Shown here: positions 17,414 to 26,098 of the stretch, piece after piece | Position numbering within the stretch: position 1 is the stretch's first letter | How the letters are laid out: each line of letters begins with the position of its first letter | Source of the DNA: Bacillota bacterium | GTDB lineage: Bacteria > Bacillota > Desulfotomaculia > Desulfotomaculales > Desulforudaceae | Reading direction: 5' to 3' | Assembly (NCBI GenBank): GCA_040757205.1 | Contig: JBFLXL010000007.1 | Coordinates: forward strand, 44,143-108,142 | DNA: 64,000 nucleotides | Notes under the pieces: generated by a model | Databases searched by the model: none | Seen by the model: only the letters and a program-made list of their open reading frames with translations | What the model was told of the DNA's origin: nothing | Translations under genes and position numbers: made by a program

Positions 17414-19162
17414 CTATTCTGGTTCCGGCGCTGAATTCCTTTGCCGCCAACCGCCGCCGATTCCGATCTCGCGCCGCAGCGCGCGTGCCTCGGTGCCGGC
17501 GTTGTCCGCGGCGTCAACGTACAGGTAATGCCGCCCGGAGCAAAGGGGCTCGCGCACCAGGCACCGCAACATCAGCCTAAATCCGTCCCAGCCCGAATCA
17601 AGTTCGAAGAACCGGGCCAAGTCCGACACCGGATAGTTGTTGATCCAAAAACGCACGGTGACCGGGTTGATCTCTTTCTCCGGCAACGGTCGGTCCAGGG
17701 CGATCCCCGGCACGATCTGCACCCGGAGTTCCCCCGCTTCCAGCATCCGCCGTAACCGCTCTTCTTCATTCAGATTCGCGGGACCCGCCAGCTCCACCAC
17801 CGGCTGCAACGCCCGGCGGAAGCGCTCTCTCGGAGCCTCCAGGTCGTCGGCGCCCCGCATCAGCTCCTCGAGGAAACCCCAGAGCGCCGGATCCGGGTAG
17901 ACGCTTTGGGCGAGCCCCCAAAACCCCCGGGCCGCCCCGTGCCGCGCCAACTCCCTGACCAGGCAGGCCCGTACGTCCACGAGCCCCCACAGCAGGCGCA
18001 AGTTCGCCCCGTCTTCACACCTGGTCAACCGCCGCGTCAGTTCGGGGCTCACGTACTCGCCCACGCGGCGGAAGATCTCAAACAGGACCGTACCGGAGCG
18101 CCCGAACTCCCGGATTTCGACCGCCGGGGTTGAACCCCCCGGTCGGCATTCGGAGCGCCGGGCGAGTTCACTGATTTCGGCAAAACTCTTGCAGAAGAGT
18201 TCATCGACGATCTTGGCCACGCATAACTCCAGGTAGTCCGGCTGCCCGGTCTCCGCCGGATCGAGACTTCGCCGCACGGTCTCCGCCAGCCAGGGATTCC
18301 GGTGCAAAAGCAACTCGACGAACACCAATTGGCCCCGGATCAGGCTGTTGAAGTCTTTTTTCCACGCGTCCACGTTTTCCGGCCAAATTCTGGCCGTCAC
18401 TCCCTGGTAGCGCTCCGAGGCGGCCGTAAGGAGGTTGCGGCGCTTTCCATCAGCGGAATAGGTGTGGAAGAGTTCCACCCGGTTGTGCCGCCTTAAGGGT
18501 TCGGCGCCGACCAGCAAAAGGAAATCGTGGGCGAATTCGATCAGCGCGTGGTCGATCAGGCGGTACCGGTGCAGGATCTCCGGTAAGAACCAGGCACCCA
18601 GCGCCCGGTGCGCGTTGGAGTACCCCGAGAAAACGGCGTGTCCGTCCGGCGCGGCACCGGTCTCTGAAACGAGCCTCCCCTGCCGGTCAATGGGGGCGTA
18701 GTGGGCGTACCAATCCGCCAACTGGTGCGAAAGCCAGCCACAGGCGACCGCGAAGTCCCGCTCCGGGTAGGTGATCTCCCGGTGGCCGAGCGCCGCCTCC
18801 CGCCACTCATCGATCAGTTGGTAGCCGAAAACAGGACTGCCCCCAGCGTGATCGGGGTAGTAATTGTGCGCATAATCGTAGATGGATTTCCCACCGGATT
18901 TGAGATGGTCCAGCGAAATCACGTCGGTGCTGTTACCGGCGAACATGTAGGTCTCCCGGTGAGCAGAAAGCCGCGCCAGGATTTCGCCGTTGATCTTCTT
19001 GTTGCCCCGTTTCCGCTCGGCGTGGGCCCGCTCGAGCGCCCACTTGTTCAGCAGCGGGTGCGTCGCCGGTCCCCAGCCCAACAGCGGCAGCAACGGGATC
19101 AGCAAGACCCGGGTCAGAAAAGCCCTTATTCGCGACCAAGAGACCGTCAAAGCCAAAGTCAC
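17414..19162 (-). CDS. Membrane-anchored hypothetical protein, N-terminal zinc-dependent phospholipase C-like domain
   Basis: N-terminal TM helix, then GWGPATHPLL...YPDH...HQLADWYAH, reminiscent of the Zn_dep_PLPC fold. The remainder is unassigned. Confidence 0.5.
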   Translation of the reverse strand: MTLALTVSWSRIRAFLTRVLLIPLLPLLGWGPATHPLLNKWALERAHAERKRGNKKINGEILARLSAHRETYMFAGNSTDVISLDHLKSGGKSIYDYAHNYYPDHAGGSPVFGYQLIDEWREAALGHREITYPERDFAVACGWLSHQLADWYAHYAPIDRQGRLVSETGAAPDGHAVFSGYSNAHRALGAWFLPEILHRYRLIDHALIEFAHDFLLLVGAEPLRRHNRVELFHTYSADGKRRNLLTAASERYQGVTARIWPENVDAWKKDFNSLIRGQLVFVELLLHRNPWLAETVRRSLDPAETGQPDYLELCVAKIVDELFCKSFAEISELARRSECRPGGSTPAVEIREFGRSGTVLFEIFRRVGEYVSPELTRRLTRCEDGANLRLLWGLVDVRACLVRELARHGAARGFWGLAQSVYPDPALWGFLEELMRGADDLEAPRERFRRALQPVVELAGPANLNEEERLRRMLEAGELRVQIVPGIALDRPLPEKEINPVTVRFWINNYPVSDLARFFELDSGWDGFRLMLRCLVREPLCSGRHYLYVDAADNAGTEARALRREIGIGGGWRQRNSAPEPE

Positions 19163-19293
19163 TCCCCCCGCCCGCGATGCATTGCCATGCTATGCAGCCC
19201 GCATGGCGGGCGCCACCCGCCGTTCAAGCGGGCCTTCCTGCCATATACTGCAATTTGCGTCCGTTCCCGGGGCCGTGGTATGTTTAACGCAGA

Positions 19294-20817
19294 TTGGCGA
19301 GGGTGAAGGGACAGGTATTGACCTTGCGCGGGTACATAGCCCGGATTTCCGGCAAACTCACCGGTCGCGGGTGGCGCCTGACCGCCGTCGAACTGTTCGC
19401 CGTTGTTGTTGGGGCGGTCCTCTTCGTGACCGTTTTCGGCCCGGCGGTGTACGATGTGCAGGGCGTCTCCTTTCGGGGCGAGCTGCGTCCGGCCCTGAAC
19501 GGACGGACGGTGCTGGAGATTCCGCCGGTGGGCAGCCTGACCGCCGACACGCACTCCACCCCGGTCGAGATCCATATCACCGTCCAGGGTGTGCGGCCGG
19601 ACATTCTCGGCCGGCAACTGTATCCCCAGGTGGATTCAAACCTGATCAATAACTTTGAGGCCAAATCCCAGCAGTCGCTGACGGCTTTCGCCGCCCGGCA
19701 GGCCGCCGCAGGGGCCCTGGGGGCGGTTGTCGTCTTTTGGGCCCTCGCCCGCCCCCCATGGACCCGCCTCATCCGGGCCGGAGTCTCCGGCACCCTGCTC
19801 ATCGCGCTCATCCTGGGCTTGACCCTGCACACCTATGACCGGTCGGTCTTCCGGGAACCGGAGTATCACGGATTGATCGCCGCCGCGCCGCGGGTCATGC
19901 ACACCGCCGACCAATTGCTCGACAAACTGCAGGACTTCCAGGACAAAACCGACCTCTTGGTAAACAACATCCAGATCCTGGCCGGACAGGTGGACCGCCT
20001 GTTCCTCCTGGAAACCACCAGCGAGGAAAGCACCCGGCGGGTGCTGGTGATCGCCGACATCCACAACAACCCGGTCGGTCTCGACTTCACCCAGGCCCTG
20101 GTGCACCACTTCCAGGTGGACATGGTCCTCGATGCCGGAGACCTGACCGATTTCGGCTCGCCGCTCGAGGCGCAGGCGGCGGCCAAACCGGCCGGCTTGG
20201 GCGTGCCTTACGTCTTCGCCCCAGGCAACCACGATTCGACCGGGGTCATAGATTTCGTGCGGGGCCTGCCCAACGGGCGGGTGCTGAACGGCAAGGTCGA
20301 GGACGTCCAGGGCCTCAAGATATTGGGCTCTCCCGACCCCTGGGCGTACGGCGACGCGGTGACGGCCGCGGACGCCGACGAGGAGCGCCTGCTTTTGCAG
20401 GAACAGATCGACCAGTTGCGCGACGAACTCGACCGGGCGGAGACGAAGCCGGACATCCTGCTCGTGCACCACCCGGACGTGGCCCGGGCTTTCGCCGGCG
20501 AGATACCGATCCTGATCAGCGGCCATACCCACCGGACCATCTTCGAGAACCTGGAAGGCTCCTGGCACGTCAATCCGGGCAGCACCGGCGCCGCCGGCCT
20601 GCGCGGGCTGCAGTCCGCCTCGGAGATTCCCTACGCGGCCGTAATCATCCACTTCGACGGCACCGACCGCACTCCGGTAGTGGCCGACTTCATCACCCAC
20701 CACTCCCTGTCGGGCCGCTTTACGGTGGAACGGCGGCTGATGGGCCCACCCGACACCGAAAACGGCACCGCCATCCAAGGGCTGCCGGCCCGCCCGGCCG
20801 CCCATACCGGCCCGTAA
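19294..20817 (+). CDS. Membrane-associated metallophosphoesterase
   Basis: TM helices, then the calcineurin-like motifs DIHNN, GDLTD, GNHD and SGHTH. Confidence 0.75.
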   Translation: MARVKGQVLTLRGYIARISGKLTGRGWRLTAVELFAVVVGAVLFVTVFGPAVYDVQGVSFRGELRPALNGRTVLEIPPVGSLTADTHSTPVEIHITVQGVRPDILGRQLYPQVDSNLINNFEAKSQQSLTAFAARQAAAGALGAVVVFWALARPPWTRLIRAGVSGTLLIALILGLTLHTYDRSVFREPEYHGLIAAAPRVMHTADQLLDKLQDFQDKTDLLVNNIQILAGQVDRLFLLETTSEESTRRVLVIADIHNNPVGLDFTQALVHHFQVDMVLDAGDLTDFGSPLEAQAAAKPAGLGVPYVFAPGNHDSTGVIDFVRGLPNGRVLNGKVEDVQGLKILGSPDPWAYGDAVTAADADEERLLLQEQIDQLRDELDRAETKPDILLVHHPDVARAFAGEIPILISGHTHRTIFENLEGSWHVNPGSTGAAGLRGLQSASEIPYAAVIIHFDGTDRTPVVADFITHHSLSGRFTVERRLMGPPDTENGTAIQGLPARPAAHTGP

Positions 20818-20932
20818 GGCTTCTGGCAGCTGCTTCCTGGGCCGCCCGGCGGCCCGTTCCCCGTATAGCCCGTCCGGTCCCCGGAAACGATAAGGAAGAA
20901 AAACTTGTCATTTTTCGAGGAGGGACCAGACC

Positions 20933-21187
20933 ATGGTCAACATCACTGTCTACTCCAACCAGGTGGCAGGCGCGACGTGAAGGAGCCTTCAAGCTTTGGC
21001 CGGGAAAGTCAAAGACAAGTATGGGGACTCCATTCAGGTGGACGTAGTCCGGCCGCAGGACCGGATGGACGGCGGCAACCGGGAGGCGCCGGCGGCCCCG
21101 AACATCGCGGTGGACGGCCAACTATTGGGAAAACGCGTTTCGCTCGCTGAACTCGACCGGACGGTTTCCGAAAGGCTCAAGGCCTAG
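20933..21187 (+). CDS. Thioredoxin_3/MTH895-like small redox protein with in-frame TGA (candidate selenocysteine) at 20978-20980
   Basis: ATG with GAGGAGGG RBS. MVNITVYSNQVAGAT-TGA-RSLQALAGKVKDKYGDSIQVDVV...NIAVDGQLLGKRVSLAELDRTVSERL is one continuous frame. The TGA sits at the CxxC position of the fold. Confidence 0.45.
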
Positions 21188-21189
21188 CC

Positions 21190-21891
21190 CTAAACCGGCC
21201 GCGGGCCACGGACCGGCAGGCCGCCTTTCGGCGCGGCTTGAGGCGCGTACGCGCAGAGATCGGCCAGCGGGCACTCCGGACAGCGCGGGCTGGTTTTCAG
21301 GCAGAGGTGGTGTCCGTGCGCCACCAGCAGCGCGTGATACTCGTTGAAAAGCGCCGGGTCGCGCGGGAGATGGGCCTCAAACAAGCGCTGCAATTCATCA
21401 TAGGATTCGCGGCCGTGGGCCCGCCCCAGGCGCTGCAGAATCCGGTGCGTGTAGTGGTCAATTACGAACACCGGCCGGCCCGCGGCGTAGAGCAGGATCG
21501 AGTCGGCGGTTTCCCTCCCGATCCCCCGCACCGCCAGCAGCCGCCGCCGCAAGGATCCGGGCTCCTGTTGGAGAAACCGCATGGTGTCCCCGCCGGACTC
21601 CTCGTTGATCATCAGGCAGACATCTTTCAACCGCTGGGCCTTCTGGTTGTAATAACGGGTGGGCCGGATCAAAAGACCAAGCTCCACATGCGGAAGGGCC
21701 AGAATCATCCTTACCGACAGGGCGTTTCCGGCCCTTAAGTTGGCAATCGCCTTTTCTACGTTCTTCCAGGACACCTGCTGGGTCAGGATGGCGCCCACAA
21801 TCACCTCAAAGGCCGAGTCCGCCGGCCACCAGCGCCGCGGCCCGAAGTGCGCGTACAGCCGTTCGTAGACTTCCCGCAGAAACTCCCGCAA
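21190..21891 (-). CDS. Endonuclease III-related HhH-GPD DNA glycosylase with 4Fe-4S cluster loop
   Basis: HhH region (GIGRETADSILLY) and C-terminal C..6..C..C..5..C. Confidence 0.75.
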   Translation of the reverse strand: MREFLREVYERLYAHFGPRRWWPADSAFEVIVGAILTQQVSWKNVEKAIANLRAGNALSVRMILALPHVELGLLIRPTRYYNQKAQRLKDVCLMINEESGGDTMRFLQQEPGSLRRRLLAVRGIGRETADSILLYAAGRPVFVIDHYTHRILQRLGRAHGRESYDELQRLFEAHLPRDPALFNEYHALLVAHGHHLCLKTSPRCPECPLADLCAYAPQAAPKGGLPVRGPRPV

Positions 21892-21933
21892 GCTCCCCCT
21901 CCGGTCCGGGGTCAGGTCTCCCCGCTACTATAA

Positions 21934-22017
21934 CACAAAAAACAAGGGTGCGATGAACTTCAGGCTTTGGAGAACTAAATTCATAGTCTTTACTTGCCTT
22001 CGGGTTATCGCACCCTT
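21934..22017 (-). terminator. Long-loop hairpin followed by a T-tract
   Basis: 11-bp arms AAGGGTGCGAT/ATCGCACCCTT (21944-21954, 22007-22017). GTTTTTTGTG follows on the minus strand. Confidence 0.45.
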
Positions 22018-22062
22018 ATGACCTGATTGTGCCCGTTACGTATTCCAAATATACGTGCGCCG

Positions 22063-22455
22063 CTAGTTAATTTTGTAGCCGCTCTGATAGCCCTGCGGGA
22101 GACAAATCAGCGAAACGGGATGGGGAATGGGCGTCCGGACCCCTGCGACCTGCAGTCCCATATCTTCCAGGGTCTTGATCAAGAGCATCTGGTCCCGGAG
22201 TCTTCGGGCAAGACAATCCAACTCAAAAAAAATGAAATACGATACGCCGCCTTCCTCAATCCGGGCCAAGGCCGCCTGAAGGCCCGGACGATCCAAAGTC
22301 CAACCTGACAGGCCCTCATCGGTGAAGACCTCCACTTCCGTGCAGCCTACTCTCAACGCGTAGTCTTTACATTCGATGATCTGGGAGTCCAAAGAAAATG
22401 CATCCGTTGAGGGTTTGGTCCGACGGGCATACACAATGGCCGTCATACCTCGCAC
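22063..22455 (-). pseudogene. Serine recombinase (resolvase) catalytic-domain fragment, probably decayed
   Basis: 130 aa covering only the N-terminal resolvase domain. The catalytic YxRVS region reads YARRTKPST. No DNA-binding or large C-terminal domain. Confidence 0.55.
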
Positions 22456-22763
22456 TCCTTTTCAACTCGTTCCGGTTGTCCCCAAATTAACAGTCCTTTG
22501 GGGTAAATGCAATGCCAAATCTTTGGTTTTTCCGCTAACTTATTGCTGCAATGCCGGCGACAGCCGCCGCCAAAGCTGGAGTTTTGCTAATAATATACGG
22601 AAGGAGCTTGGGCACCGGACCGGATTGAGCCCCGAATCTTTGCAGTTAACTTTTTCTATTCTGCTCTGCGTTTTCGTTTCCCAATCGGTTTAACGAACCC
22701 ACCGGCGGAGTGCCCGCAATTCCGCGGCGGTCCGGCACGGCCGGTGCGCAGCCGGGGCCCGCC

Positions 22764-22792
22764 TTGACAAACCGCCTCCCGGCATCTAAACT
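22764..22792 (+). promoter_or_regulatory. Sigma-A type promoter for tRNA-Leu
   Basis: TTGACA, 17 nt spacer, TAAACT; ends 18 nt upstream of the tRNA 5' end. Confidence 0.6.
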
Positions 22793-22810
22793 GTTACTAG
22801 CATACAAAAC

Positions 22811-22895
22811 GTCGGAGTGGCGGAATGGCAGACGCGCACGTTTGAGGGGCGTGTGGGGTACTCCCGTGGGGGTTCAAGTCCCCCCTCCGACACCA
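22811..22895 (+). tRNA. trnL: tRNA-Leu (anticodon GAG)
   Basis: Acceptor GTCGGAG/CTCCGAC, anticodon loop TTGAGGG, long variable arm, T-arm GGGGG-TTCAAGT-CCCCC, encoded CCA. Confidence 0.9.
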
Positions 22896-22912
22896 ATCCC
22901 ATGCACTGAATG

Positions 22913-22940
22913 GTCAGGGTGAGAGGCCGCCCTGACTTTT
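22913..22940 (+). terminator. Rho-independent terminator after tRNA-Leu
   Basis: GTCAGGG-10 nt loop-CCCTGAC then TTTT. Confidence 0.65.
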
Positions 22941-23160
22941 GGCTTTCCGGGGTCCTGCGGCAAATGGCCGGGAAAAGGTTCGGACCGGTTCTCGGCGTTC
23001 GCCCGAACATGGTCAAGTTGCTTTTTCGGCGGCTAAAGGAACACGTGTCCGGATGTAGAACATTTCTTTTGGAAAGCAAACCGGTTCACTGAAATCGGGC
23101 GGCAGTCAGCGAATCAGAGTTACAAGGCCCTACCGGAATCAGGTTAAGGAGTCCTCGGAA

Positions 23161-23316
23161 ATGGGCATTCATGACCGGGATTGGTACAAAGAGAACGGCA
23201 AAGAACGCCGCAGAAAGGAACTTGCCGCCAGGAAAAGAGCACAGGACCGCGTCAGAGTCCTCCTGTACGCCGGGGTTGTGGTTCTGGTGGCGCTTCTATG
23301 GTACTTCGGCCGGTAG
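23161..23316 (+). CDS. Small membrane protein (51 aa)
   Basis: Below the track cutoff. ATG with AAGGAG RBS. MGIHDRDWYKENGKERRRKELAARKRAQDRVRVLLYAGVVVLVALLWYFGR is a basic region plus one TM helix. Confidence 0.4.
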   Translation: MGIHDRDWYKENGKERRRKELAARKRAQDRVRVLLYAGVVVLVALLWYFGR

Positions 23317-23355
23317 GCTCTCCGCCAAAGCCCCGCCGGAGCTCGGGAGCCCCAT

Positions 23356-23823
23356 ATGGAAAGGAGGGAGACAGTGAAGACGGACTACGCCATCATTCTG
23401 CAGGAGTTGGCTCCTTGCGGTCTGGACTGCGCGCGCTGCTTCGGCTATGCCGGGGGCGAGATCAAGGCGTTGGCGGCCGCCCTCCTGGATCGCCTGGGCA
23501 ACTTTGAGCCGGTGGCGTCCCGGCTGTGCGGAGTTGTCTCCGCCCTTCAGGATTATGCCCGGTTCCAGGAATTACTGAACATGATGGCCGCTGCCTCGTG
23601 TCCCGGCTGCCGGGCCGGGGGCGGCCGTTTTCCTCCCTGCGCCGCCAAGACCTGTTTTCGGGAGCAGGGCGTGGATTTTTGTTATCAATGTGCCGAGTAC
23701 CCTTGTGAACGCAATCAATTCGATCCGGATTTGCTGCGGCGCTGGCGGTGGATGAACGACCGCATGGCTAAGATCGGCGTCGAGGCCTACTACCACGAGC
23801 AGAAGAAGAAACCGCGCTACTGA
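23356..23823 (+). CDS. DUF3795-like cysteine-rich protein
   Basis: CGLDCARC ... CPGC ... CYQCAEYPC pattern, 155 aa. Confidence 0.65.
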   Translation: MERRETVKTDYAIILQELAPCGLDCARCFGYAGGEIKALAAALLDRLGNFEPVASRLCGVVSALQDYARFQELLNMMAAASCPGCRAGGGRFPPCAAKTCFREQGVDFCYQCAEYPCERNQFDPDLLRRWRWMNDRMAKIGVEAYYHEQKKKPRY

Positions 23824-23874
23824 TGGGGTAAACGGTGGGGTGCCATACCAGGCGGAGGGACTGGGCAAAAAGAG

Positions 23875-24315
23875 GTGACTTGCCGCATGCAGCAAAAAGA
23901 GGGCCTGTTGGAAGCTGCCGGGAGGTGGTATGGAGGTCCGGCGGTCAAGGAGTTCCTGGCCCGCTCCCTTCCCCGGGATGGCATGTTCTGCTGGTACGAG
24001 GCCGCCCGGATTCAGCAACTGGACGGGTCGTTTCTGGCCAAATACTACGTCTGCAGCCACGCCAAGCTCTTGGTGCTTTCCGTATCGGCCGTGCAGATCG
24101 AACTGCGCGCCTATTCCCTGGCGGCCCTGCAGAAGGTGACCGCCAGGATTCCCTTCGCCCCCGGACACCGTGCGGTGTGGCCGCGGACCGAGTTCAACTG
24201 CCGCTTCCTGGTCGGCTCCGAGTCGGAGTTGGTGCCGGTGGACTTCCCGGAGCGCGACGTCGAACTCCCGGGCTACTTTTCAATCATCGAAGTTCTTTTC
24301 GCCCGCGGAGGCTAA
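23875..24315 (+). CDS. Hypothetical protein
   Basis: 146 aa ORF filling an otherwise empty interval. No recognisable motifs. Confidence 0.35.
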   Translation: MTCRMQQKEGLLEAAGRWYGGPAVKEFLARSLPRDGMFCWYEAARIQQLDGSFLAKYYVCSHAKLLVLSVSAVQIELRAYSLAALQKVTARIPFAPGHRAVWPRTEFNCRFLVGSESELVPVDFPERDVELPGYFSIIEVLFARGG

Positions 24316-24326
24316 AACCCCCCGCC

Positions 24327-24887
24327 TCAATCGTTGACCGCGTATTGCCGGCGTCCCTCGCGGTACAGGTCACCGCCATATATGTCGTTGATCACGATCG
24401 CCGGGAAGTCCACGACGACCAGCTCGTGCACGGCCTCCGGCCCCAGTTCCGGATAGGCGACCACCCGTGCCGCCCGCACGCATCTGGAAAGCAGGGCACC
24501 GGCGCCGCCCACCGCCCCAAAGTAAACCGCGCGGTACTCCTTTAAGGCGGCGATCACCTCCGGCGAACGGAAGCCTTTGCCGATCATGCCTTTCAGGCCC
24601 TGGGCCAGTAAAGCGGGCGTGTAGGAATCCACGCGCCCGGACGTGGTGGGACCGCAGGCGCCGATCACCCGGCCCGGACGGGCCGGCGACGGTCCAACGT
24701 AGTACACCACCTGGCCGTACAAATCCACGGGCAACGGAGCACCCTGTTCAATCAGCGCCACCAGCTTTATATGGGCCGCGTCCCGCGCCGTCAACAACGT
24801 GCCGTTTAAGAGCACCCGGTCACCGGCCCGCAACTCGGCCACCAGTTCATCGGTCAACGGGAGAATGATGCGTCTGGGATCGGACAC
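24327..24887 (-). CDS. Class I fumarate hydratase / Fe-S hydro-lyase, beta subunit
   Basis: 186 aa with the beta-subunit pattern (GTLLTARDAAH ... GPTTS ... KG). Confidence 0.88.
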   Translation of the reverse strand: MSDPRRIILPLTDELVAELRAGDRVLLNGTLLTARDAAHIKLVALIEQGAPLPVDLYGQVVYYVGPSPARPGRVIGACGPTTSGRVDSYTPALLAQGLKGMIGKGFRSPEVIAALKEYRAVYFGAVGGAGALLSRCVRAARVVAYPELGPEAVHELVVVDFPAIVINDIYGGDLYREGRRQYAVND

Positions 24888-24929
24888 TCCAAAGGCCTCC
24901 TCACCGGGACGGCCGTCCCGGAACCGGCA

Positions 24930-25772
24930 CTAGAGTACGGCCGTCTTGTGCCGTACCACGTGACAGTTCAGGTTCACCGCCACCGGCAGCATGGCGATGT
25001 GGGTGGGATAGGTCAGAATATGGACGGCCAGGACTGTGACGCGGCCCCCCAGCCCCATCGGGCCGATGCCCAACCCGTTTAGCAAAACACGCAGGCTTTC
25101 CTCCAGCCCGGCCAGTTCAGCAACGGGGTTTTTGGTCCCCACCGGGCGCAGCAGCGCCTCCTTGGCCAGCAAAGCCGCCTTCTCCAGGGTTCCCCCGAGA
25201 CCCACACCCACCACCAGCGGGGGACACGGATTGGGCCCGGCCGACGACACCGTCTCCAGGATGAACCGCTTGACCCCGTCCAGCCCTTCGGCCGGTTTGA
25301 GCATTTTCAGGGCGCTCATGTTTTCACTGCCTGCGCCCTTGGGCATCACCGAGATCTTCAGGCGGTCGCCGGAAACCACCCGCCAGTGGATGACCGGCGG
25401 GGTATTGTCGCCCGTGTTGACCCGGTTCAGCGGGTCGGCCACCACCGACTTGCGCAGGTAACCCTGCTCATAGCCCTCTCTCACACCGCGGACCACGGCT
25501 TCCTCCAGGCTGCCGTCCACAAGCCGCACGTCCTGGCCGACCTCCACAAAGACCACGGCGATACCGGTGTCCTGACAGAGCGGTATTTCTTCACGGACCG
25601 CGATTTGGGCGTTCTCGAGGAGCTGTCCCAAGACGTCCTTTCCGGTTGGCGAAATTTCTTCCCGGCGGGCCATTTCCAGGGCGGCGACCACGTCCGGTTC
25701 GAGCACGCAGTTTGCTTCCCGGCAGAGGCGGGAGGTCACTTCAACGACCGTTTTGCAGTCCAGGGTGCGCAC
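24930..25772 (-). CDS. Class I fumarate hydratase / Fe-S hydro-lyase, alpha subunit
   Basis: 280 aa with the alpha-subunit pattern (PLCQDTG ... GVGLGG). Confidence 0.88.
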   Translation of the reverse strand: MRTLDCKTVVEVTSRLCREANCVLEPDVVAALEMARREEISPTGKDVLGQLLENAQIAVREEIPLCQDTGIAVVFVEVGQDVRLVDGSLEEAVVRGVREGYEQGYLRKSVVADPLNRVNTGDNTPPVIHWRVVSGDRLKISVMPKGAGSENMSALKMLKPAEGLDGVKRFILETVSSAGPNPCPPLVVGVGLGGTLEKAALLAKEALLRPVGTKNPVAELAGLEESLRVLLNGLGIGPMGLGGRVTVLAVHILTYPTHIAMLPVAVNLNCHVVRHKTAVL

Positions 25773-26051
25773 TAGTACTTCCTTCTTTACCCGGGTATTT
25801 ATAACGCGGGTTTATTATAACCCGGGGGACCGGCCGCTGGCCAGCCCCCACTGCTTAAACCTTACACTCACCTGCTTACCCTGCAACAACCGGTGCCGTT
25901 CGGTGGTTGGTCCTTCCGCCGCCGATAGTACCGGCGGTGGAGGAACTGTCCGCCCGCCGTAATTGTTAAGATACGAGACCATCTTCATCCCGTGGGGGGG
26001 GGGAATGTATCGCCAGCCCCTGCGGTGTTTTTTCCAAATCGCCACAAAATT

Positions 26052-26096
26052 TGCAAATTTGCATAGTTTGACAACCCTCGGCTAATACACTAATAA
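26052..26096 (+). promoter_or_regulatory. Strong promoter with adjacent perfect palindrome
   Basis: TGCAAATTTGCA (26052-26063), then TTGACA (26068-26073), 17 nt spacer, TAATAA (26091-26096). Confidence 0.5.
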
Positions 26097-26098
26097 AG

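Noticed and set aside
22910-23092. 60-aa plus-strand ORF just downstream of tRNA-Leu
   Set aside because: It starts inside the tRNA terminator hairpin, has no RBS, and has an arginine-rich composition.
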